From NCBI GenBank assembly GCA_038204165.1, contig JBBRDG010000006.1, forward strand, positions 1 to 58,252: a stretch of DNA of 58,252 bases, read 5' to 3'. Shown here in pieces: positions 37,535-45,361 of this stretch. A model generated the notes under the pieces. The model did no database searches. It worked only from the letters and a program-made list of their open reading frames with translations, and was not told where the DNA came from. This DNA comes from Elusimicrobiales bacterium. GTDB taxonomy: Bacteria > Elusimicrobiota > Elusimicrobia > Elusimicrobiales > UBA9959. Within the stretch, counting starts at the first letter, position 1. Every line of letters begins with the position of its first letter. The position numbers and the translations under genes were made by a program.

Positions 37535-37951
37535 ATGAAAACCACGCTTGTCTCCAAAATAATTTTTCCGGTGCTGGCGCTTATGTATATAGCGCTGGCC
37601 GCGTTGCCTGCCGGCGCCGAATGCCTGCTGTATAAGGGCCAGTTCGGTTACGACGTGCTGGCCCACGTGCAGAACGGCGTGGTCCTTAAGGAGAGGTTCA
37701 GCTACACTTCCGTCTCCCGTATCCAGGATTCCCTCATCTACGACGGCGCGTACAGCTACAACGTGCTGGCGCACCTGGACGGCGAACTCATCTACAAAGA
37801 GCGCTACGGCTACACGGTAATCGGCCGCATAGACGACGGCAAAGTCTACGACAGCCAGTTCGGCGGCAAAATCATCGCCCACTCCGAAGGCTGCACCAAA
37901 GAAGAAACCGCCGCCGCCGGCGCTTCCCTCATCCTCAAACTTCTAAACTAA
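37535..37951 (+). CDS. Small secreted beta-repeat protein (five ~18-aa repeats)
   Basis: Signal peptide; repeats of the form IYxxxYxYxVxxxxxxG; hydrophobic AAAGASLIL tail. Confidence 0.7.
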   Translation: MKTTLVSKIIFPVLALMYIALAALPAGAECLLYKGQFGYDVLAHVQNGVVLKERFSYTSVSRIQDSLIYDGAYSYNVLAHLDGELIYKERYGYTVIGRIDDGKVYDSQFGGKIIAHSEGCTKEETAAAGASLILKLLN

Positions 37952-37994
37952 TCTTCCCAACGGGACTGGGCGCCGTGGCAGAATCACAAAACTA

Positions 37995-38028
37995 AACCGC
38001 CGGAAACTCCGGCGGTTATTGTTTTTTT
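37995..38028. terminator. Terminator between convergent genes
   Basis: AACCGCCGG-aaact-CCGGCGGTT followed by a T-run. Confidence 0.7.
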
Positions 38029-38047
38029 ACTCGCTGATATTAAGTTT

Positions 38048-38359
38048 TCAACCCAGGACGGCGTCGACCCAGGGGAAGGTTTTGCGGGCGGCTTGCAGGG
38101 CTTCTTCGGCGGTGTTATAGCCCTCGCGGGGGGCGACTTTGTCCACCTGCCAGGCCATGTCCAGGATATGGTCGTTAAAGATCTCTTCCTGCCATATAAA
38201 GGTGTCGTTCTTGCGGTGGTAAATGCCCAGGCGCAGCTTGCCGCCGGGGTCGTGCACCGTGCGCACCACCGCGTCTATATCCAGATTCTCCACCTCCACC
38301 ACGCCGAACAGCGCCAGGAAGAAGTTGACAGCCCGCAACCCAAAAGATTTTTTGGCCAT
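38048..38359 (-). CDS. Hypothetical protein
   Basis: TGATG overlap with the upstream gene; host-like codon usage. Confidence 0.65.
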   Translation of the reverse strand: MAKKSFGLRAVNFFLALFGVVEVENLDIDAVVRTVHDPGGKLRLGIYHRKNDTFIWQEEIFNDHILDMAWQVDKVAPREGYNTAEEALQAARKTFPWVDAVLG

Positions 38360-39468
38360 CAGAAATTATCCAGACTGTCGAATTCAGAAACCTTCTTCTG
38401 CTCGAGAAGGTGGTTCATATCGCGGCTAAAGGCGAAAGGCCCCTTGGGCCAGCCGAAAGCCAGCTTCACCGCCGTTTCAATATCGTACTCCGAAGCCATA
38501 ATCTCGGACGCCAGCAGCTTGGCCTCCTCGATTACCGGCCGCATGATTTCCGCAAAAACCTCTTCCTTCGAGATCTTTTTGAGCCCGAGGTACTTAACCA
38601 GGTTCGGCAGAATGGGGTTCTCCCCCACTATGCGCCCCTCCTCGTAAATATAAAGCCCGATAGTGGACCGGCGCCCCAGCTGCCCGTACTGCACCAGCCG
38701 CAGCTGCGTAGCCGAAGGCGTAAGCCGCTCGGGCTTGCCGAGCGCCGTGTAGATGGCCTCCGAAGCGTTGTAGTCGGAATCCAGCCCGGCCAGATCCGCG
38801 GCCTCAAAAGGCCCCATCGACGCGCCGGACACTTCCATAAAAGCCGCGTCGATCTCGTGCGGATAGCCCTTGCCGGCCTCCAGCAGCCTGAAGGCCGCCA
38901 GAATAAAGGGGCGCATAAGCCGCTCTACTATCTGCCCCGGGTTGTCCTTAACAATAATAGGCGTCTTGCCTATCTTCCGCATCAGGGCCGCCGCCGCCTC
39001 CAGATATTCGTCCTTGCCCGCGTCCGTGCGCACTATCTCCACCAGCGTATTGGACCGCACCGGCTTGATAAAATGGAAGCCCAGCGTGCGCTCCTTGGGA
39101 AGTTCCGTGTAGGCCACAATGTCGCTCAGCGGCAGCACCGCACAGCGGGCCGCCACCACGCAGTTTTCTTCCAGATGGTTTTTCAGTTTGGCAAAGTGGG
39201 CCTTGCGCTCGTCGAGGGATTTCATAGTGGTCTCTATGATGATATCCGCGCCTTTGAACTTGGCCATATCCTGAATGCCCTCGATATTGCCCAGCAGCTC
39301 GGCCCTGCCTTCCTTCTTCAGCGACCAGGCTATCTTCGCCAGCGCTACGTTCAGGCTGTCCTTGAAATCGTCGTAAAGCCGCACCTGGTAGCCATGCTTC
39401 AGGAAGATCTCCGCCGCGCCGGCCCCGGTGGTATTGGCGCCCATTATACCTATAGCCCGTATTTCCAT
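38359..39468 (-). CDS. 3-hydroxyacyl-CoA dehydrogenase family protein (degenerate motifs)
   Basis: Rossmann start, GFHF..PV...LVEIV, GKTPI.VKD.PG, MGPFE.ADL.GLD and a duplicated C-domain (GWPKGPF). Confidence 0.8.
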   Translation of the reverse strand: MEIRAIGIMGANTTGAGAAEIFLKHGYQVRLYDDFKDSLNVALAKIAWSLKKEGRAELLGNIEGIQDMAKFKGADIIIETTMKSLDERKAHFAKLKNHLEENCVVAARCAVLPLSDIVAYTELPKERTLGFHFIKPVRSNTLVEIVRTDAGKDEYLEAAAALMRKIGKTPIIVKDNPGQIVERLMRPFILAAFRLLEAGKGYPHEIDAAFMEVSGASMGPFEAADLAGLDSDYNASEAIYTALGKPERLTPSATQLRLVQYGQLGRRSTIGLYIYEEGRIVGENPILPNLVKYLGLKKISKEEVFAEIMRPVIEEAKLLASEIMASEYDIETAVKLAFGWPKGPFAFSRDMNHLLEQKKVSEFDSLDNF

Positions 39469-39488
39469 GATTTACCTTTTGCCGTTTC

Positions 39489-41042
39489 CTATGCCACCCG
39501 CACTTCTTCGAGGCGGACGATACCATCCTTGTTCACCACAATGCGGATGCGTTCGTAATGGATGGTAACCTGCTCGTCCCGGTCGTAATAGGTGTACTTG
39601 ATCACCAGGTTCAAATGGTAGACGCGCGCGCACTGCGCCACGCGCAGGTCGCCGGTGGCGAGGTCCACGTAAGGGTAGTCCACCGCCGCGTCGTCGGCCT
39701 GGCCTATCAGCTCGCGGATGTTGAAGCGCATGATGTCGTTCAGGTCGCGGCGCCGCTCGTGGCTCTTGATGATGATATCGGGAAAAAGGATGATTTCCTT
39801 CTTATACTTGAACACGCGCTCGGGTTTGCCCTCCTCGTCTACCGAGGTAATATTATCAAGACGGCGCAGGCGCGCTATGTCCGGCGGCAGGTCCCGATCC
39901 GTAAGAAAAGTGAAGGCTTCCTTCAGCAGGCCTATGCGCTTGCCGCCGCCAGCCGAATCGCGGATGTCGATCTTGCGGTCCGAGATCCAGCGCGTAAGGC
40001 TCTTGGAGAAAAGCAGCTTAAGCCAGTCCTTTATGCGGTCCTTAAAAATATAACTAACCACCACGGCCACCACGAACGGCATGCTGTTAACCGCGTAGCG
40101 CCGCCCGACGAAGAAAGTGACCATAACGGCGAAGAACATGGCCGCGCCGGCGGCCAGCCCGAAAAACACCTGCGTGAGCCCTTCCCATTCGGAGAACTCG
40201 GCCTTAAGGTACAGCACGCTGGAGATAAACTTCTTCAGCACGCCGCGGCGGTAGATAATAACCTCGTTAGAGGAGCCGGGCACCAGCACCGACGGGTACT
40301 TCATGGCCTGGCGGTAACGGCTCTGGGAAATTATTATGGAGGTGATCCCTTTTTCCACATCCTCGAAGCGCCCGCGGGCGCCCTGGTTGGCGCGCAGCGC
40401 CTCCAGCAGCGAGGTTAGGTACTCCTCCAGGATCAGGCTTACGTATTCGTCGAAGAAAGCGGCGGTCTCGCGGACCTTCAGCGGCACGGCCGGGTCGGAG
40501 ATCTCGGCCTTAAGAGATGATAGCGCGGTCTCCAGGTTCTTAAGGTCCCCAAGGAAATTCTCCAGCCCTTCACCCACGAACAATTTACGCTGGGCGGAAG
40601 GCACTGCCGCGTCGTAGGTGGCCAAACCCTCCACAAAAATCTTAACGTAGTCACGGATCTCGCCGCGGATGATGCAGCCCAGCAGGCGCAGTTCGTCGCA
40701 GATAGTGGCGGTGAGAGCGTTGTCCTGCGCGCCCGAAAGCACCCTGGAGAGCTCCTCGCGCACGCGGTTAAGCGGCGAGGTCTTAAGCGCCGGATCACAC
40801 ACCTTCCCCAGGCTCATCTTGGGCGTACGGAAGCGGATGTAGCGCTGGCTGGAATTATAAAATTTTTCTTTGTTGTAGTTGTGCGGGCCCACGTTCAGCG
40901 CGCGCGGCACAAAGAAGTAGGTTTCCACCTCGTAGGAACTTTTGGCGGAGGCGTCCAGGTCGATGTCGAGTTTTATCTCGAAACGGTGCTTGTCGTGCAG
41001 TTTTATCCGGGAATCTAAAATGTCGTTCTGGTCTTCTATCAT
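39489..41042 (-). CDS. Hypothetical membrane protein (517 aa, two TM helices)
   Basis: Long ORF with host codon usage; hydrophobic hairpin VFFGLAAGAAMFFAV...FVVAVVVSYIFKDRIK. Confidence 0.75.
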   Translation of the reverse strand: MIEDQNDILDSRIKLHDKHRFEIKLDIDLDASAKSSYEVETYFFVPRALNVGPHNYNKEKFYNSSQRYIRFRTPKMSLGKVCDPALKTSPLNRVREELSRVLSGAQDNALTATICDELRLLGCIIRGEIRDYVKIFVEGLATYDAAVPSAQRKLFVGEGLENFLGDLKNLETALSSLKAEISDPAVPLKVRETAAFFDEYVSLILEEYLTSLLEALRANQGARGRFEDVEKGITSIIISQSRYRQAMKYPSVLVPGSSNEVIIYRRGVLKKFISSVLYLKAEFSEWEGLTQVFFGLAAGAAMFFAVMVTFFVGRRYAVNSMPFVVAVVVSYIFKDRIKDWLKLLFSKSLTRWISDRKIDIRDSAGGGKRIGLLKEAFTFLTDRDLPPDIARLRRLDNITSVDEEGKPERVFKYKKEIILFPDIIIKSHERRRDLNDIMRFNIRELIGQADDAAVDYPYVDLATGDLRVAQCARVYHLNLVIKYTYYDRDEQVTIHYERIRIVVNKDGIVRLEEVRVA

Positions 41043-41153
41043 AAATAGTATGGCGCAGACCCGGCAGCTTTGCCCGCGGTCCCCTAATCGTAGTTACATT
41101 ATAGAAATTGTAAGGAGCCTAAACGCGGTTATTGTACGTTCCGGGCCCGGGAA

Positions 41154-42041
41154 TTATTTATCCGGGTGGAACTTGTCGTGCGCCCGTTTAACGTCGCCTT
41201 TGTCCACGTGGGCATAGATCTGCGTGGTGTTAAGGCTGGCGTGCCCGAGCATCTCCTGCACGGAGCGCAGGTCAGCCCCGCCCTGCACCAAATGGCTGGC
41301 GAAGGTGTGCCTGAACAAATGCGGATGCGGTTTTATCTCCACCCCCGCTTCCCTGCCGAAAGCCACAATATCCTTCCACATCTGCTGGCGGCTTATTTTT
41401 ACCCCGGCACGGTTTACAAACAGCTCATCCGCCACGTCCTGCCCGCCAAACTTCTGCTGGCGGTTGGCCAGGTACTCCTTCAGCCGGGAAAGCGCCGCTT
41501 CGTTCACCGGCACCATGCGCTCTTTGGAGCCTTTGCCGAAAACGCGCAGCCAGCCCTGCTGAAAATTAACGGACTCCAGCCTTAAGCCCAGCAGTTCTGA
41601 CACCCTCATGCCCGAAGCGTAAAGCAACTCTATGGCCGCGGCCGCCCGCACCTTGGCAAAGGCTTCTCCCGCCGGGTAGCCCAGCAGCTTTTCCATATCC
41701 CGCTTGTCCAGGAACCGCGGAATCTTGCGCGGCAGCTTGGGCGCACGGAAGTTGGCGGTGGGGTCCTTCTGCGCCTTACCCTCCAGGCGCAGGTAACGGT
41801 AAAAAGCCCGCAGCGCCTCCGCCTTGCGGAAGATGGAGGCCGGCCCCAGCTTCTTTTCCGTCTTTAAAGACCAGAGGTAAGCTTCAACAAAAGGCGCCTC
41901 GGCCTGCGCGGGGTCCGTTTTGCGGACCTCGCAGTAGGCCAGGAAAGCCTCCGTGTCACCGGCATAGGCAAGGCAGGTGTTCTTTGCCAGGCCCCGCTCC
42001 ATGCCCAGGTGACGGGAGAAGTCTACGGCTAATGGTCTCAT
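41154..42041 (-). CDS. xerD: Site-specific tyrosine recombinase (XerD-like)
   Basis: LYASGMRVSEL, GKGSKERMVP, HPHLFRHTFASH and LGHASLNTTQIY. Confidence 0.85.
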   Translation of the reverse strand: MRPLAVDFSRHLGMERGLAKNTCLAYAGDTEAFLAYCEVRKTDPAQAEAPFVEAYLWSLKTEKKLGPASIFRKAEALRAFYRYLRLEGKAQKDPTANFRAPKLPRKIPRFLDKRDMEKLLGYPAGEAFAKVRAAAAIELLYASGMRVSELLGLRLESVNFQQGWLRVFGKGSKERMVPVNEAALSRLKEYLANRQQKFGGQDVADELFVNRAGVKISRQQMWKDIVAFGREAGVEIKPHPHLFRHTFASHLVQGGADLRSVQEMLGHASLNTTQIYAHVDKGDVKRAHDKFHPDK

Positions 42042-43130
42042 TTATTTCTTGGCGTACTTTTCCTTACGCTCGGCTTTCTCGGCCGCCTTGGCGGCTGCCG
42101 CCTCGGGCGTGACGGTCATCAGGCCGGGTTTAAGCCCGGGCATGGTGAAGCGGCTGCGCAGTTCGGCCTCTATCTCGGCGGCCACGGCCTTATTGGCCTT
42201 AAGGTAGGCCTTGGCGTTCTCGCGGCCCTGACCGATGCGCTCGGTCTTGTAGATGAACCAGCTGCCGGATTTTTCCAGCAGGCCGGTCTCCACGCCCATG
42301 TCCAGCAGGCAGCCCTCGGTGGAAATGCCTTCGCCGTTGACCATTTCGAACTCGGCCTGGCGGTAAGGGGGCGCAACCTTGTTCTTTACCACCTTAACGC
42401 GGATGCGGGCGCCGGTAACTACGTCGGCCTGCTTGATGGTCTCGATCTTGCGGATGTCCAGGCGCACGGAGGAGTAGAACTTAAGCGCCAGGCCGCCGGG
42501 CGTGGTTTCGGGGTTGCCGAACATTACACCGATCTTGTGACGGAGCTGGTTAATAAACATTACGGAGGTTTTGGTGGAGGCCACTATGGAAGTGAGCTTC
42601 CTGAGCGCCTGGCTCATGAGCCTCGCCTGCAAGCCGACGTGCAGGTCGCCCATCTCGCCTTCTATCTCGGCCTTGGGGACCAGCGCGGCCACGGAGTCGA
42701 TCACGATAATGTCCAGCGCGCCGGAGCGCACCAGCTTTTCGGTAATCTCAAGCGCCTGCTCGCCGGAGTCCGGCTGAGAAATAAGGAGGTTGTCCACATC
42801 TACGCCCAGCTTCTGCGCGTAAACGGGGTCCAGCGCGTGCTCGGCGTCTATGAAAGCCGCCATGCCGCCCTTCTTCTGCGCTTCCGCTATCACGTGCAGC
42901 GTAAGGGTAGTTTTGCCGGAGGATTCGGGCCCGTAGATCTCGATCACGCGGCCGCGGGGCAGGCCGCCTACGCCGAGCGCCAGGTCCAACGACAGCGCGC
43001 CGGTGGGAATGGTCTCTATCTTCATGCGGGCGGCGCGGTCGCCCATCTTCATAATAGCCTCTTTGCCGTAGCTCTTCTCTATCTGTGAAAGGGCAGCTTC
43101 CAGCGCCCGGTTCTTTTCGTCAGTAGCCAT
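42042..43130 (-). CDS. recA: Recombinase A
   Basis: [28 protein letters not shown] and GGLALKFY. Confidence 0.98.
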   Translation of the reverse strand: MATDEKNRALEAALSQIEKSYGKEAIMKMGDRAARMKIETIPTGALSLDLALGVGGLPRGRVIEIYGPESSGKTTLTLHVIAEAQKKGGMAAFIDAEHALDPVYAQKLGVDVDNLLISQPDSGEQALEITEKLVRSGALDIIVIDSVAALVPKAEIEGEMGDLHVGLQARLMSQALRKLTSIVASTKTSVMFINQLRHKIGVMFGNPETTPGGLALKFYSSVRLDIRKIETIKQADVVTGARIRVKVVKNKVAPPYRQAEFEMVNGEGISTEGCLLDMGVETGLLEKSGSWFIYKTERIGQGRENAKAYLKANKAVAAEIEAELRSRFTMPGLKPGLMTVTPEAAAAKAAEKAERKEKYAKK

Positions 43131-43177
43131 AGTTTTAAACCTCCGTTAAATTTTCTTACCTCAATAGTCTACAACAC

Positions 43178-43203
43178 CAACCCGACAAGGGCGTGTCGGG
43201 TTG
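43178..43203. promoter_or_regulatory. Perfect palindrome upstream of recA (candidate operator or leader hairpin)
   Basis: CAACCCGACA-N6-TGTCGGGTTG. Confidence 0.5.
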
Positions 43204-43300
43204 CGGCCGGCACTTTTATTTTTTTATCGCCTTGTTTTCAAACATTATGTTAACATTTCCACCGCATTCAAAGAACAGCAAACAACTCTTCTTCCCAGTT

Positions 43301-43329
43301 AGTATAGATGATTAACGCCCATCTGTCAA
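43301..43329 (-). promoter_or_regulatory. Sigma70-type promoter pointing toward recA
   Basis: TTGACA-N17-TATACT on the minus strand. Confidence 0.7.
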
Positions 43330-43343
43330 GTATTAAGGAGGTA

Positions 43344-43372
43344 TTGACTTTACCGGTTTAATATATTATCCT
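43344..43372 (+). promoter_or_regulatory. Sigma70-type promoter of the lexA-like gene (leaderless)
   Basis: TTGACT-N17-TATCCT ending 6 nt before the ATG. Confidence 0.65.
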
Positions 43373-43378
43373 TAGTAC

Positions 43379-44035
43379 ATGCATCCTATACAAGAAAAGC
43401 TCCTGCACCTTTCCAAAGAGCAGAACCTGGCCCTGGTCAGCCTGCGCGACATGGCCCGGGCCATAGGTATGCCGGCGGAATCGCCTCAGAAAATTAAGCA
43501 CCACCTGCAGCAGCTCGAAAAAAAAGGGTTTTTCAGCATAGACCGCGACAAGGGCCTTATGGAGAAGACCTCTTTATTCCCCGGCCTGGCCAGCGGCCTG
43601 CTTAATAGCGCCTCCGCCCTTTTCTCTATCCCTATAATAGGAACGGCCAGCTGCGGGCCGGCCACTATTTTTGCCGAAGAAAATTTCCAGGGCTTCCTGC
43701 GCGTCTCCGGGCGCTTGCTTGGCCGCTCCAGCCCGGCGGGCCTTTACGGCATAAAGACCAACGGCTCCTCCATGAACCGCGCCGAAATAGCTGGCAAGAA
43801 AATAGAGGACGGCGATTACGTAATAATCGACAGCGGCCGGAAGGAAGTGGCCAACAACGACATTGTGCTGGCCATCATAGACAACAAGGCCACCATCAAG
43901 CGCTTTATCGACGACCGCAAGAACGGCCAGGTGATCCTGAAGGCTGATTCTTCCTACGATTACGACCCCATCTACCTGCACCCCGACGACGACTTCCTGA
44001 TAAACGGCAAAGCCGTGGCCGTGATCAAGCGCTAA
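43379..44035 (+). CDS. LexA-like repressor (winged HTH + S24 peptidase)
   Basis: HHLQQLEKKG, IPIIGTASCG (Cys-Gly scissile bond), GSSM (catalytic Ser) and ATIKRF (catalytic Lys). Confidence 0.85.
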   Translation: MHPIQEKLLHLSKEQNLALVSLRDMARAIGMPAESPQKIKHHLQQLEKKGFFSIDRDKGLMEKTSLFPGLASGLLNSASALFSIPIIGTASCGPATIFAEENFQGFLRVSGRLLGRSSPAGLYGIKTNGSSMNRAEIAGKKIEDGDYVIIDSGRKEVANNDIVLAIIDNKATIKRFIDDRKNGQVILKADSSYDYDPIYLHPDDDFLINGKAVAVIKR

Positions 44036-44046
44036 TACCCCGCGCC

Positions 44047-44085
44047 AAATAAAGATCCCCGGTTTGAAGCCGGGGATTTTTATTT
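44047..44085 (+). terminator. Intrinsic terminator
   Basis: AAAGATCCCCGG-tttgaag-CCGGGGATTTTT. Confidence 0.75.
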
Positions 44086-44146
44086 AAGGCCACGTATACT
44101 GGCCGAGTAAAACTGGAGCACTTTTTAGGCCGACCTAAGGCGTATC

Positions 44147-44450
44147 TGTAGGAAACATAAGAGCAGATTATCGTAAGTTCCCACTCAAATCCCCCCCCTC
44201 CATTGGCGCGTTTTTTGCGGGAAATCGGTTGAGTCGCGCCTGATTTATCTATAATACCAAAAGGCGGGCGATTTTTTGATAATTTTGGTGGAGTTTTGCC
44301 GCCGGGCTTGTGTCCGGTGCTGAGCGGCGGTTTAATCTTCAGGCGAGGGCGGGTCTATGTTGTCGTATTGATGAGCCCTATGGGCCTGCCGCATCAGGAG
44401 CTATGCTCATCAAGCGGCCGTCAGGCGGGGCGCGGTTTGGCTGTTAGCTG
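44147..44450 (-). mobile_element. IS91/ISCR-like right-end (oriIS) remnant, copy 1
   Basis: TGTAGGAAACATAAGAGC(A)GATTATCG is shared with 51837-51862; 44387-44441 also aligns with 51992-52061. Confidence 0.55.
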
Positions 44451-44516
44451 GTTTGCCCATGGGAAGCAAAGCTATTCCCCGGCAGTTGGCGGCAAGGCCG
44501 TCAACTTCCACCCCGC

Positions 44517-45326
44517 TCACAAAGCAAATAATAAAAGGAACGGCAGAACAGTCTTTACAATCCGCCCAGCCCCGGTCCCTTTGTTTACTGCCACCTGGCA
44601 GCCGGTTGCGTCCACGGCTACCCCGCTGGAAGTTCCGGGGCAGTTATCCATATTATCTGCAATACCATCTCCGTCAGTGTCCACTGCCGCCAAAGGCGCA
44701 ACAGGCACAACAACCGGAGCCGGTTCAGCGGCTACGGTTACAGGAACCGCCGGCGGCAGAGGGGCCTCGTAGGCGCTTTCTTTGGCGGCATACTTATTTC
44801 CGCCGAACCAGAAACCCATCTTTATGGACGCCACAAAAACCTGGAATTCATGCTTCATAGCGGCGTTCTTCTTTATCAGATAGTAGTCCGCTCCCATCCC
44901 GAAAGAAAACAGTTTTCCGTCAAACAGGTTAATCCCCAGTCCAGCGTTGGCCGCGAATGCGGAGCGGTGGGAAGTGTCCATAGGGTCCACAAAAGCTAGC
45001 CCGGCCCCTAGGTGCAAGTCGGGGTTAAGCGCAGCTTTGGGAGCGAACTGGTAAAAGGCGCTTACCAGCATAGGCTGCATCCGCACGTCGGTACGCTTGA
45101 AGAAGAACTGATCATACGAGAAACCCGCCATCAGGTGTTCGCTAACTCCTGTTTTTCCCCAAAAGCCCCAGGTATAGTCGGGGGCTGAGCCAGGATTATG
45201 GGAACGGGGCCCGGCTTCAGCGTTAAGACCGCCGGTCATGCCCAGCCCTGTCCGGCCGGTAAAGTCATCCGCTCTTGCCACTCCGGAAACCAGAATGGTC
45301 AGTACAGCTAATATTATTGCGCGCAT
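44517..45326 (-). CDS. Outer-membrane beta-barrel protein with TSP3-like Ca-binding repeat
   Basis: Signal peptide, amphipathic beta strands, Pro/Ala/Val linker, and DTDGDGIADNMDNCP...VDATGC; no OmpA C-domain. Confidence 0.75.
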   Translation of the reverse strand: MRAIILAVLTILVSGVARADDFTGRTGLGMTGGLNAEAGPRSHNPGSAPDYTWGFWGKTGVSEHLMAGFSYDQFFFKRTDVRMQPMLVSAFYQFAPKAALNPDLHLGAGLAFVDPMDTSHRSAFAANAGLGINLFDGKLFSFGMGADYYLIKKNAAMKHEFQVFVASIKMGFWFGGNKYAAKESAYEAPLPPAVPVTVAAEPAPVVVPVAPLAAVDTDGDGIADNMDNCPGTSSGVAVDATGCQVAVNKGTGAGRIVKTVLPFLLLFAL

Positions 45327-45361
45327 CAGAACCACCTCCGTGGATTAAAATCAAGAACCGT

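Noticed and set aside
41154-44035. Prophage or ICE integrase plus repressor
   Set aside because: The recombinase is XerD-sized and coupled to recA; no phage or conjugation genes nearby
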